DNA of 64,000 nucleotides from an uncultured virus (IMG/VR IMGVR_UViG_2061766007_000865) (IMGVR_UViG_2061766007_000865); one strand, 5' to 3'; counted from the stretch's first letter, positions 1 through 10,848 are shown. Notes: generated by a model not told the origin, from the sequence alone. Made by a program: numbers and translations.

Positions 1-47
1 AATATCTATATATCAGAAGAGGATTAATGATTGATGAATAATATATT

Positions 48-404
48 ATGAATATCACTACAATTGAAGAACTCAAAAAACATATCGGAGAATTTCTAGC
101 TTTCGAATCTCATAGCCCAAACGGACATCTTACATATGTCTGGATTCAAAAACTACAAAAAGTAGGCACTAAAGCTATTATCTCATTTGGAAAATCTGAA
201 ATCTACCACCTACCATGCTATAGCCTCTTCTCAGCAGAAGTGTATCCCAATAATGAACCATATAGCGGAATATATTCAGATAGTAAAAACATATATGAAC
301 TGTACCATACAAACGCACAAGACGTAATCAGAACACCTACAAAGGAGGAAATGAAAAAATATATGATGATGTGGAGAAAATATAGAATACTAGGACATTA
401 TTGA
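48..404 (+). CDS. hypothetical phage protein
   Basis: 118-aa ORF; C-terminal VIRTPTKEEM resembles IIRNPTLEEM of 38131..38502. Confidence 0.6.
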   Translation: MNITTIEELKKHIGEFLAFESHSPNGHLTYVWIQKLQKVGTKAIISFGKSEIYHLPCYSLFSAEVYPNNEPYSGIYSDSKNIYELYHTNAQDVIRTPTKEEMKKYMMMWRKYRILGHY

Positions 405-437
405 ATAATGAGAAATAAAATGCGCAACTACATTAAG

Positions 438-2247
438 TTACGCATTTTTTATGCATGATATTAAACTATCTATATTAGTAAACGTATTTTTTTCTGTGTA
501 TATACCATTGAACTTCTCATCATTTAAATAATCAGCACCCTTAGTATTATCTTCGTCAAAATAATATAAAAGCTTAATATTTGCATCTTTACAACATTTA
601 TTAAAATTATAATCACGCTCTATTTGTCCAGAAAGGCTTCCACCATAAGATTCATGAAAAGAATTTGATTCCATAAAATGTTGTTTCCCTTGACATTCTA
701 TCATTACATTATAAGATTTGATGAAAAAGTCACCACGCATTTTTCCAAATATTTTTTCGTTAATATATTCTTTTCTAAACTTAATCCCTTCTTCTGTTAA
801 CCTATTATTTACCTCCTCTTCTAATTTGGATACTGCATGAGCACATTTTGGACATCCACAGCCGTTTCTATCAATCTTTAAATGAGTTGCTGGCATTTGC
901 CAAAATTCTCCATGAATAGGACATATTATGCAAACCTTTGTGTGAAAATCTATATATTCAACCTTAGAATAATCATATTTATCACCATGAAGCTTTTTTG
1001 CTCTTTCTATAAATTTTTCTCTTCCTATCTTTCTTCTTCTTTCTTTTCTTTCTTCTTTTGTTATATGAATCTCATCTAAATTTCCAGTAAATGAATTCAA
1101 AAAAGTATACGGTTTTATTGAGAATATTTCATTATTCGATTCNNNNNNNNNNNNNNNNNNNNNNNNNNNNNNNNNNNNNNNNNNNNNNNNNNNNNNNNNN
1201 NNNNNNNNNNNNNNNNNNNNNNNNNNNNNNNNNNNNNNNNNNNNNNNNNNNNNNNNNNNNNNNNNNNNNNNNNNNNNNNNNNNNNNNNNNNNNNNNNNNN
1301 NNNNNNNNNNNNNNNNNNNNNNNNNNNNNNNNNNNNNNNNNNNNNNNNNNNNNNNNNNNNNNNNNNNNTGTTTATGGCTTTTTTTATAAAATTATTTTCT
1401 TCACACTCTCTTCTTCTTTCTTTTCTTTCTTCTTCTGTTAGTTTAGGTCTAATCTTCTTACTCCTAGTGCTTTCTATATATTGCTTATGGCATTCTTTAC
1501 AACCACCAAACNNNNNNNNNNNNNNNNNNNNNNNNNNNNNNNNNNNNNNNNNNNNNNNNNNNNNNNNNNNNNNNNNNNNNNNNNNNNNNNNNNNNNNNNN
1601 NNNNNTTGTTTTTTGACCTTTCTATAAAATTTTTGGTATTAAAAATAAGGTCATTCGACATTTTTTTCTCTTTAACGCATTTTGGACATCCATTATCTCT
1701 TTTACTTATGGCATCAACTGTTTTAAAAAAAGAGCCATGCTTAGGACAAATTATTTCAACTACCTCTGTNNNNNNNNNNNNNNNNNNTCAATCTTTGAAT
1801 AATCATATTTATCTCCATAATAATACTTGCATTTTTTTATAATTTGCTCAGTGGATAATTGTCTTCTACTACCCCTCTTAAGCCCACTACAACAAAACGG
1901 ACAAAGACCATCCTTAGAATATAAGTGCGTGTACATGTTTACACTGAACTCACCATGCTCCTTACATATCAATGTAACTGGAGTTTGAGAGTCAACATAT
2001 ACCACCTTCGAGTAATCAAACCTATCACCAAATTTTTCCTTCGACTTCTTGATGAAAGCATNNNNNNNNNNNNNNNNNNNNNNNNNNNNNNNNNNNNNNN
2101 NNNNNNNNNNNTTTGGTTTTACTGCTCTTTCTTCCCTTGTATTTTTGTCAATAATTATGACTTCACCATCCCATCCATTATAAACTACTTTTGAATAGTC
2201 ATATCTATCACCATAGATAGCCTTTACTTTACTTATAAATTTTTCTT
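438..2247 (-). CDS. homing-type endonuclease with DUF723-like Zn-finger repeats and C-terminal PD-(D/E)XK/Vsr-like domain (broken by N gaps; start not visible)
   Basis: Repeated FIxxAKxxHGDKYDYSKVxY...CPIHGEF...GCPKC units in 438..1100, 1760..2060 and 2112..2247; C-terminal DFFIKSYNVMIECQGKQH. Confidence 0.7.
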
Positions 2248-2326
2248 NNNNNNNNNNNNNNNNNNNNNNNNNNNNNNNNNNNNNNNNNNNNNNNNNNNNN
2301 NNNNNNNNNNNNNNNNNNNNNNNNNN

Positions 2327-2475
2327 TCCCCATGAGGAAAAAATAAGGGGCCACCCTCTGGAAACGATGAAATTTTTTCCTGGAATTCAGGGAGCAATCT
2401 GTTGCCCCTTTATTTTACTTAAAACCCCACCGCAGGGGGTGGGGTGACATAGGGGCCACCTATGGTGGGGACGCT
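2327..2475. other. GC-rich non-coding island with inverted and direct repeats
   Basis: AAAATAAGGGGC..GCCCCTTTATTTT inverted repeat, CCCCACC-GCAGGG-GGTGGGG hairpin, GGGGCCACC twice, in AT-rich surroundings. Confidence 0.6.
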
Positions 2476-2486
2476 ATCTGCGTATA

Positions 2487-2502
2487 TGTTTCACGTGAAA
2501 CG
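2487..2502. promoter_or_regulatory. parS: parS-like ParB binding site
   Basis: TGTTTCACGTGAAACG, 15/16 match to the chromosomal parS consensus TGTTTCACGTGAAACA; intergenic. Confidence 0.7.
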
Positions 2503-2532
2503 TGTGTAAATATTTTTTACTATATAAAATGT

Positions 2533-2562
2533 AAAAAAAGTGGAGATTTCTCTCCACCTTTC
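2533..2562 (-). terminator. intrinsic terminator of the sigma gene
   Basis: GTGGAGA/TCTCCAC stem followed by a T run on the minus strand. Confidence 0.7.
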
Positions 2563-2576
2563 TTGTAAAGATTTAT

Positions 2577-3290
2577 TTATGCGAGTTTTTTCATTTTCTC
2601 TATTGCAGTCCACTTGATTTGTCTGATTCTCTCTTCTGTGAGGTCGAATTTCTTTGACAAAGTGTACTCGCTTACTTCCTCTGTGCCGAAGCCGAAGATA
2701 CCGCACACAACGGCTTTCTCGGTATCGTTCAGTCCTTGCATCAGTGACAAAAGTTTTACACGCATTTCCTCTACTTCGCTAAAGTTATCTGTGCGCATAT
2801 CAGAAGCGAAAGTGTCGAGTAAGGTTTTTTCTCCATCTTCATCGCTTGCGAGTGGTGCGTCCATGCTTGCTGCAAGGTAAGGATTTTTTCCTTTGACGAG
2901 GTGTGCGCCCATACGGATAGTACGGCTTTCATCAGTCAGAGCGATGTTGATGTACTTGCGAACTTGTTCGAGTGCCCATGTGGAAAATCGGATATTACGT
3001 GCAGTGTCAAAGGTATCAACTGCCTTGCACAAGCCGATTGCGCCACTCTGAAAAATATCCTCGAACTCCATCATTGTGCCGTAACTTGCAGCAATAGACC
3101 ACACAAGTCGAAGATTAGCGTTAACGACCTTTGTACGTGCCATCTGTGAGCCGTTCTGTGCTTGGTTGATAAGGTTCATCATCTCAGTGTGAGTTAGTGG
3201 CTTGTAGCGGTTAATCTCAACACGAAGAGCCTCGATGATGTTATTTCTTACCACATTTCCATTTGTCTTGAAATTCTTACTCTGTGCCAT
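2577..3290 (-). CDS. RNA polymerase sigma-70 family factor (RpoD/RpoS-like)
   Basis: Region 2 VNANLRLVWSIA..EDIFQSGAIGLCKAVDTFD..RFSTWA; region 3 SMDAPL; region 4 LTEERIRQI. Confidence 0.92.
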   Translation of the reverse strand: MAQSKNFKTNGNVVRNNIIEALRVEINRYKPLTHTEMMNLINQAQNGSQMARTKVVNANLRLVWSIAASYGTMMEFEDIFQSGAIGLCKAVDTFDTARNIRFSTWALEQVRKYINIALTDESRTIRMGAHLVKGKNPYLAASMDAPLASDEDGEKTLLDTFASDMRTDNFSEVEEMRVKLLSLMQGLNDTEKAVVCGIFGFGTEEVSEYTLSKKFDLTEERIRQIKWTAIEKMKKLA

Positions 3291-3337
3291 AATCTTCAAT
3301 ATTTAATTATTATTATACTGATTTCTTGTTTTCTTGG

Positions 3338-3371
3338 TGCAAAGGTAGTGACTTTTTTCGAGATAGCCAAA
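3338..3371 (-). promoter_or_regulatory. Bacteroidetes-type promoter of the sigma gene
   Basis: TTTGG..TACCTTTGCA on the minus strand. Confidence 0.75.
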
Positions 3372-3725
3372 TATTTTTGCGTTTTTTAAGAATTTAGTGC
3401 ATTTTTGTTTGAAGATGGGCGAGAATTCAATGTTTGTTAACAAATCGCAAGGAATATTTCAATAGTGATGTATGGATTGTAATAATTTGTTAAAAGTCCT
3501 CTCTAAGGCTTTATTTAGTGTTTGGCTTATAGTTATTCAGCTAAGAAGTAGAAACGTCTTAGAATGGCTTAAAATGCTTTTTATGGTGATTGTCTATAAT
3601 ATAGTATTATATAGGTAGTAATCTGTATGAAGTGGGCAATTTTGGGGTAAAAATGGGAAAATCCTGTAAACGAAAGTTAAATGAGGGTTTAAATGGTTAA
3701 CGAATGTTTAAAAATGGGGTAAAAA

Positions 3726-3759
3726 TTTGGTAGTTTGGAGATAATTTCGTACCTTTGCA
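3726..3759 (+). promoter_or_regulatory. Bacteroidetes-type promoter
   Basis: TTTGG-TAGTTTGGAGATAATTTCG-TACCTTTGCA. Confidence 0.8.
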
Positions 3760-3844
3760 TTGTGATTCAGAAATCACACTTATCTTTGACATTTTGAGAC
3801 AAAAATCGGCAATATTGCCACAAAACAATTAAACTTTTAAGAAA

Positions 3845-4477
3845 ATGAAGAAGAGTAATCTTTCTGTAAGTGAGTTGTTAAATGTAGTACTAGATTTCTT
3901 CGACACCATCGAGGGATGCAAGGAGTTAGCAAGTTGCAAATTTGGCTACGGCTTCATAGCTCGTTCTACGCCAAATTTCAGAGCGCCAAAGGCAACATCA
4001 AGAGAGTGGTTTGGTCTGTTCGGCAAGGAGATGCCAGCCATTATCAAGATAACCAAAGTGACCAATGCTAAGGCATACGACTACGCAAAGGCAATCAATC
4101 GTCAGTTGGATAGACAAGGCTCTAACGCAGAGTTCAAGTCTGACGCAATGAGTGGTTACGAGTGGATAGTCCCAAACATCATCAAGAGGGCAACAGAGAG
4201 TGGTAGCTTGCAGTTGTGTGTTACTTTCAAGAACAGCGACAAGACCAAGTTTGAATCATTCTACATCGTAGCAGACAACACCCCACATTTCGCAACGAGT
4301 GCTGAATTAGACTTTATTAAGTCTCACTTGTACGAAGCCCCAAGCAAATCTGTTAAGCAGAGTGGGTTGGGTATCGCTGAAGATGACATCTTGATGGTAC
4401 GCAACTACAAGTTCTCTAACATCATTGCAATTGACAAGACACCTCGGATTGAGAAATTATGGAAAATGGTAGAGTAA
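3845..4477 (+). CDS. hypothetical phage protein
   Basis: 210-aa ORF with its own promoter and terminator. Confidence 0.8.
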   Translation: MKKSNLSVSELLNVVLDFFDTIEGCKELASCKFGYGFIARSTPNFRAPKATSREWFGLFGKEMPAIIKITKVTNAKAYDYAKAINRQLDRQGSNAEFKSDAMSGYEWIVPNIIKRATESGSLQLCVTFKNSDKTKFESFYIVADNTPHFATSAELDFIKSHLYEAPSKSVKQSGLGIAEDDILMVRNYKFSNIIAIDKTPRIEKLWKMVE

Positions 4478-4485
4478 GTAAGATT

Positions 4486-4517
4486 AAAGGGTGGGCAGTG
4501 ATGTTCACCCTTTTTTT
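4486..4517 (+). terminator. intrinsic terminator
   Basis: AAAGGGTGGGCA-GTGA-TGTTCACCCTTT plus T run. Confidence 0.85.
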
Positions 4518-4775
4518 GTATGTGTACTTAATTAAGTCTTATATATACAATATATGTGCTGACTATTCTCTCGAACAATCAGCACTCAATCGTTTATAAC
4601 AAAAAAATATGAAAGATTTTTATTGGTGGTGCAAAGTTACAAAAAATAATTGAATTGACAAAGGAAAATTGGGATTTTAAGATTTAATTAACCAAGATAT
4701 ATTATTTTCTTAATAAAGGTTAAGGAATTTGGTTATTTCACTGGAATTTCGTATCTTTGCATTGTAAAAACAAAG

Positions 4776-5486
4776 ATGATTATGAAACAAGTAGCAAAAG
4801 ATTTCGCAAAGAAGTTAGGTAAGTATGAATACCAAGAGTTAGCAAATAGCTTGCTTGGTGTGAAGTTTATGCAAGCCTTTAAGGATTTGAACGGATATAA
4901 TCTTGATGAGGGTGAGGGTTTCTTCGACTGCAATTACAAAGATATATCACTGACAATCTGGCGCACCAAGTTTGGCGGTTGTGAGCTGAATCCATCGTTT
5001 GATGTATGGCACGGAGAAATACCATCTCCAATATGTGATAACGTAACAATAGACGATTAATATGGCACAGATTAGATTCCAATATCAAGTAAAGAAAACA
5101 GAGTATTTCCTTGGTAATACTCATAGGGATTCATGGGAGTTGAAAGAACTGATGCACACATGTGACCCTAACAAGTCAGATAGGGAAAACCTTGATGATG
5201 CTTTCTGCAAGGCTTGTGAGTTAGGTTGTGACCCTAACAAGCAAGTTAGATGGAATTTTATTAATTAAGAGATAATATTATGGCACAGAATGACCCTATT
5301 GGTCGTTTGGCTGAACAATTCAGCAATGACCCCAAGATTAAAGCGTGTAAGACCTATAAAGAGGTATATGACGTTATTTGTGATGTTCTCGCTGCTCACT
5401 ATCATTCACCACGTAAGTATGTTGAGCCATATGCTGATGATATTGCAGAGAGTGTATGTTTAAAACTGAATATACCGCAAGATTAG
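4776..5486 (+). CDS. operon of three small hypothetical genes (4776..5060, 5062..5268, 5280..5486)
   Basis: Tightly packed ORFs behind a + strand promoter at ~4728-4761. Confidence 0.75.
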
Positions 5487-5562
5487 CTTTGTACTTATTT
5501 AAGTCTTATATAATATGGAAAAGGTATTTGGTGAGGTACGAAAGAATGGTGAATAAAACAAG

Positions 5563-5594
5563 AAAGGGATAGGTTATTAGCCTATCCCCTTTTT
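5563..5594. terminator. bidirectional terminator between convergent genes
   Basis: GGGATAGG/CCTATCCC stem with flanking A and T runs. Confidence 0.75.
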
Positions 5595-5657
5595 GTAGAC
5601 CATTGAAGATGGGCTTCAATGGCAACAACGTTGCCGTTGTACTTATTTAAGTCTATA

Positions 5658-6983
5658 TTATTCAGTCCAACCATTCTTGATACCAAGCACTCTGAAAACA
5701 TATATCATATCTTTGTTAAGATTGCGAGTATCCTTATCATGCGCTTTAAGGGCTTTTGCAACCGCTACAGCGAGTTCTGCATCCTCTTGTGCATCGAAGC
5801 CAAGGGAAGGGATTTTCAAGTCCTCTGTGGCTTTTGTGAAGTAGTATTTAATTTTACCATCTTCATAAGCAATTTGAACGTTAGCGTTCTTTGTATCAAC
5901 TTTTGCCATATTATAAATCTATTTTAATCCATCCAACTTTAATGCACATATCAAGCAATTCGTTTTTCGCCTCAACACCATAATAGAATTGATTAACAAG
6001 CAATTTAATGGTTTTAATATCATCATCGTCATTGCTGCTTGCCATTGCAGGTGCCCAACCACAATTACCTCCCATTTTACGGAGATTATCAATTGCTATA
6101 TTATATGCTTCATTCCTAAGAGTTCGTCTTTGTTCTAAATCCATATTATTATAAATCTATTAATTGTTCTGATGCAAAGATACGAAAAAAAATTGGAATA
6201 ACCAAAGATTATTCAACTCCTATTTTCTGTTTAAATTCGTCTTGTTGAATGGAGTATATGTAATTATAAAAATCCACCATCACATCAACTTGTTCTTTAT
6301 CCCCAAGTTGAGCAAACATTTTTTTCAGCTCTTCTATCATAATTAGAATGTTTTGTTATATTCCTTATCACATTGTGTTTGCAGAATGTCACGATTCTCC
6401 TTTGTATCAAGTAGGAAATCATCAAGGTCTTTGATGCGTAATCGAATCTTGATGCCCTCACTTTCAACGATAACCTTATCTTCCCCTTTATCAACAGAGA
6501 GTATTGTGCATTGCGTCACCACATGATGGCATTGCATATCCAAACCCAATGACACCACTTTACAAGGCAAATTAACTAATTGACTATTAATCGTAACCAT
6601 AATTAGAATGTTCTGTTATATTCCTTTGTATATTCCCCTGGTTGCCACACTCCCATACCTATTGAGACCACATTATCTTTATATCCTACATACAATGCAG
6701 AGTTAAGAAATGCATTGGCATCAAGTTTGGGGTTCTTTGGTACTAATTTAACTGCCACTTTATTATCTGGCTCTATATTTTTTTCTACTCTAAGCCATTT
6801 TGATATTTCATCCCACAGAGAGTTAAGCCACTCGTCAAATGGGGAACGTCCGTCTCTGTCTGATTCAACAATGCGGAGATATACGACTGATGTATATGGA
6901 TAATACTCAACAATATCGAATCTATCTAATGTCAACGTATCTTGCAATGAAAATCCTCTTATTTCTCTTCTTAGTCTCTCCAT
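5658..6983 (-). CDS. hypothetical genes 5658..5909, 5911..6144, 6209..6340, 6343..6600, 6603..6983
   Basis: Packed minus-strand ORFs behind promoters at 6173 and 7012. Confidence 0.7.
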
Positions 6984-7064
6984 AATCTTTTCTTTTTAAT
7001 TGTTTCTACGATGCAAAGATACGAAAAANNNNNNNNNNTTAACAATTATTTAAAGAGAATCAGA

Positions 7065-8046
7065 TTATGCCCAACATCTTGCTCTTGCCTTGGGCGACAT
7101 GTGCGCCCCCTCATTCATAACATCTACACCATCATCAGCGATTTTATTGAGCGTACCGATTACGTCTTCAATCTCTGAGATAGCCTTGAATGTTCTACCC
7201 ATAAGTGTTGCAAGTCCAAGTCTACGACCAGTGCCATTGATGCACTCATGGTTCTTGTGCTGCTGAATCACACCACTTGTATTCACACCCTTGGAAATGT
7301 TGTTGATGTCTGTCTTGATGTCATCAAGTTTCCAAGCCATCTTCTCAACATACTGATAGGCGGCTCTCTCGTTCTTCTTAGCCATCTTTTGTATATCGTC
7401 CAAGAGTCTTTCAAGTTCACGTACCTTGACACGATAGAACACGAAATGAGGNNNNNNNNNNNNNNNNNNNNNNNNNNNNNNNNNNNNNNNNNNNNNNNNN
7501 NNNNNNNNNNNNNNNNNNNNNNNNNNNNNNNNNNNNNNNNNNNNNNNNNNNNNNNNNNNNNNNNNNNNNNNNNNNNNNNNNNNNNNNNNNNNNNNNNNNN
7601 NNNNNNNNNNNNNNNNNNNNNNNNNNNNNNNNNNNNNNNNNNNNNNNNNNNNNNNNNNNNNNNNNNNNNNNNNNNNNNNNNNNNNNNNNNNNNNNNNNNN
7701 NNNNNNNNNNNNNNNNNNNNNNNNNNNNNNNNNNNNNNNNNNNNNNNNNNNNNNNNNNNNNCTCCAAGGCAATCTCTTTTTTCTCCTTGTCAGTAATCAA
7801 CTGCCACAGCATAGTACGGAGAGCCGTAGAATTGAGTTCGTTAATGTTATGAACTTCGTAGTTCTCATCAACACAGAAGATTGAGTTGCCCTTCTTGAAA
7901 AGCTCTTTAAATACACGCTTTTCAGTATGTTTGAAGATGCCAACTTCCAATGTTGTCTCCACACGTTTCTTTAGCTTCACCTTGCCATTGGCACGTGCAT
8001 CTACTTTCTCCTTTATTCGTTTTAAAGTTTCTATTTTTGAAATCAT
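7065..8046 (-). CDS. two hypothetical genes interrupted by an N gap; the missing part appears inverted at 9383..9765
   Basis: Gap-flanking peptides EIALE and PHFVFYRVKVRELERL recur at the two ends of 9383..9765. Confidence 0.65.
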
Positions 8047-8137
8047 AATGTAATTCTCCTTTTATTTATTATTGATGGTGCAAAGTTACGAAAAAAACGT
8101 GAAACCACCAAAGATTTCACGTTAATTTTTCTTTATT

Positions 8138-8749
8138 TCAATTATTCTCTACCAAGAATACATCGGCATAAGCATAAACGCCTAATTTTGGGGTTAGCTT
8201 CTTTCTATTTTTGAAATCTTCTTCTGCTTCTTTCTTGTCATTAAAGAAGTTCATATTTTGATAAGCAACTAATCCATTATCATAGTGTACCAATGTAGGT
8301 GTGCCAAAACGTGTTTCTTCACGATAGCCACTATCATTACATATCTTAGTGTAACATACACAAAACTTATGGTCTTTGAAAAAACCATCAAACACTAATG
8401 ATTTGTCACAAAGTGGCGTGTAATAGTGATTATCCACATCGAAGGATATTCGCCTACCTTCAGTTGTTGTTGCCTCCCTTATTCTCATAATCTTTAATTG
8501 TTATTTTGTTTTACTTGCGTTTTCAAACACGTTCATTAACTCTTCTTTGGTGATTGCTTCAAGTGGTTTGCCACTTTTCTCAATATACTTCAAAACCGCT
8601 TTCTTACCACGTTTGTAGCCATTGATAGCGTCTCTCGTAGATTTCGTACAAGCACTTGTGTAAAGCATTTCCTCGTGATACCTAATATCATTTGTTTCAT
8701 AGAAATGATTGAAAATAGGTGCAACTTTTAATTTAATTTCGTAATCCAT
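8138..8749 (-). CDS. hypothetical genes 8138..8488 and 8501..8749
   Basis: ORFs behind the promoter at 8774. Confidence 0.7.
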
Positions 8750-8855
8750 AATCTTTAATCTTTTTATTTGTGGTGCAAAGTTACGAAATTATTTTGAATT
8801 TACCAAAGAAATTAGTAGAAATTAACAAAAAATAATTTAGTCTCAATGGTGCAAG

Positions 8856-10087
8856 TTACGATAGTATTTTACTTTTTTGTTTGATATATCTTTCTCTTCT
8901 TTTTTGTTTATTATATTTTTCTCTTCTTTTTTTATTTATTTCATCCTTATGCATCTTATAGTATTCTTTTTTTTCCTCTAATATTTTTTCTCCATGTTCT
9001 TTACGATATTTTCTTTTTTGCATTAATATCTTTTCTCTATTTTCTTCACGATATTTTTTCTGTTTATTCAATATTTCTTCCCTATGTTTTTCACGATATT
9101 TTTTTCTTTGGGTTAATATCTTTTCTCTATTTTCTTCACGATATGCTTTTTGTCTTGCTAATCTTTTCTTTTTACGTATTATTTTTTTTTCTTCTTCTGT
9201 CAATTGCACGATTGGTTTCCTATTTTTATAGTAGCGAATTTTTTCTTTTTCTTTAAGTTCTTCTTTNNNNNNNNNNNNNNNNNNNNNNNNNNNNNNNNNN
9301 NNNNNNNNNNNNNNNNNNNNNNNNNNNNNNNNNNNNNNNNNNNNNNNNNNNNNNNNNNNNNNNNNNNNNNNNNNNNNNNNNNGGAGATTGCCTTGGAACA
9401 TCTTTATGCAACAATGTCGTACCTAAAAGAACTATGATTATGGGATACTTTATCGAGATTAATGGGGTCAAAATGACCGAAAAGCAATACAAGGAGTATC
9501 GCAAACAGAAGTTGGCTGCAAAACCAAAGAAAAATAAAAAAGTCAAGAAGCAGCCAAAGGACATCAACACCAAGGAGATTAGTGCTGTGGTTTTGCAGAT
9601 TGAGAGGATGCTAAAACCACTCACAACCCTTAAGTCGTTCTCAGCCTACTATGACCATGCGTATCGCCAGTGGGGTACGATTGCAAGAGATATTCTCAAT
9701 CTAAAAGAAATCCGTCCTCATTTCGTGTTCTATCGTGTCAAGGTACGTGAACTTGAAAGACTCTTNNNNNNNNNNTGTTAAACTCGTCTTTTGTTGACCA
9801 ATTTGACCACCACATGATTTATTTAAAACTACACAACTAGTATTATTTCTATAATAATCTATCCAGTATTTTTCACGTTCAACGCCTTCTTCAATTGTTA
9901 AATCATTCTCGATTATAACCATTTTTGGATGTTCAACATGATGTTCACTACTGAATTGATAGGTTTTTTCACTTTTTCTGTGCTTGTGGGCATAGTGTCT
10001 TCCTTTTGGGTTTATTGTTCTCCCTACATAAATAGTATTAAATTCTTCCCACACATAGACATAAATGTTATCAACTCTTTTCTCCAT
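8856..10087 (-). CDS. GIY-YIG homing endonuclease with basic repeat tail (split by gaps and a misplaced contig)
   Basis: IYVYVW..IYVGRT..R..E..E..LN motif; tail of KKYREENREKIL repeats at 8856..9266. Confidence 0.75.
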
Positions 10088-10147
10088 AATATTATATTCT
10101 TTTATATAAATATAACACCATAAAAGAAAAAGTCAACAATTATCACC

Positions 10148-10193
10148 AAAAAAGTCATGGGGAAGAAACCGAATTGTTTCTTCCCCTTACGAC
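10148..10193 (-). terminator. terminator closing the tRNA-like RNA operon
   Basis: GGGGAAGAAAC/GTTTCTTCCCC 11-bp stem followed by GACTTTTTT. Confidence 0.8.
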
Positions 10194-10274
10194 AAGAATC
10201 AGTAAAAAAAGTAACAATTGTTACTTTCGTAATCCCTATTCGCTAATAGGCTAATAACAATTAAAAAGATTAGA

Positions 10275-10374
10275 TGGTTAGTAAGCACGGAATCGAACCG
10301 CTAAAGATGTTCCTATAGTCCCATTTATAGATGGGGTAGAAACTAGTACAAGCCATTACTACAATTACTTACTA
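10275..10374 (-). ncRNA. degenerate tRNA-like RNA C with encoded CCA
   Basis: TAGTAAG/CTTACTA acceptor, A-CCA end, GCGG-TTCGATT-CCGT T-arm, CCCAT/ATGGG stem with 6-nt loop. Confidence 0.65.
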
Positions 10375-10379
10375 ATTTG

Positions 10380-10491
10380 TTGAGGAAGCTAGATTTGCAC
10401 TAGCGAAGACTCCGAAGAGTCACATCAATCACGAAATTGATGCCGATTTGTCTACATCTGAATTACTTCAGTTCTCCTCTCGTATTCCTCA
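10380..10491 (-). ncRNA. tRNA-like RNA A with hairpin inserted in the D-loop
   Basis: Cloverleaf with acceptor TGAGGAA/TTCCTCA, T-arm GCTAG-TGCAAAT-CTAGC, V-arm GACTC-TTCG-GAGTC. Confidence 0.8.
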
Positions 10492-10528
10492 AATATTATT
10501 GTGCTTAAAAACACTTGACTGATACTCG

Positions 10529-10640
10529 TTGAGAGAGTGGGATTTGCACGCCACGAAGCTACCTAAGTAGCACAACATTTACCATGTTGCCCATTTGTCT
10601 ACATCTACCCTTGCGGATAGTTCTCCTCTGGTATCTCTCA
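10529..10640 (-). ncRNA. tRNA-like RNA B, paralog of A
   Basis: Same architecture and length (112 nt) with compensatory changes in the stems. Confidence 0.8.
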
Positions 10641-10848
10641 AATATATTTCTTTAAAAACAAGGTGTTCTCCACTGAGAAGCTTTTTTATGGCGTTCTCGT
10701 CTTATGTCTAATGCCCTCACATCTTGAACTATTCAGAGGGGTTTGTTCTCCATTTAAACCTTGTCTTATGTCTATCGTCTCATTGACAATGCAAAGATAT
10801 ATCTGTTTTTTTAAAATCCCAAATCTTTCTTCATATTTTAACACTTTT

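Larger units (their letters stand above)
4523..5655. repeat. three copies of 18-bp palindromic motif TGTACTTA(A/T)TTAAGTCT(T/A) at 4523, 5490, 5638
   Basis: direct reading; intergenic. Confidence 0.85.

Noticed and set aside
8096..8132. Second parS (ACGTGAAAC and TTTCACGT half-sites)
   Set aside because: The half-sites are separated and outward-facing; they are explained as the stem of a terminator-promoter hairpin.
9383..9765. Apparent invertible segment or inverted repeat with 7401-7451 and 7762-7776
   Set aside because: Its ends overlap both flanks of the 310-N gap at 7452-7761, its interior is about that length, it is bounded by Ns and it splits the GIY-YIG gene. A scaffolding misplacement is more likely than a real inversion; long reads would decide.
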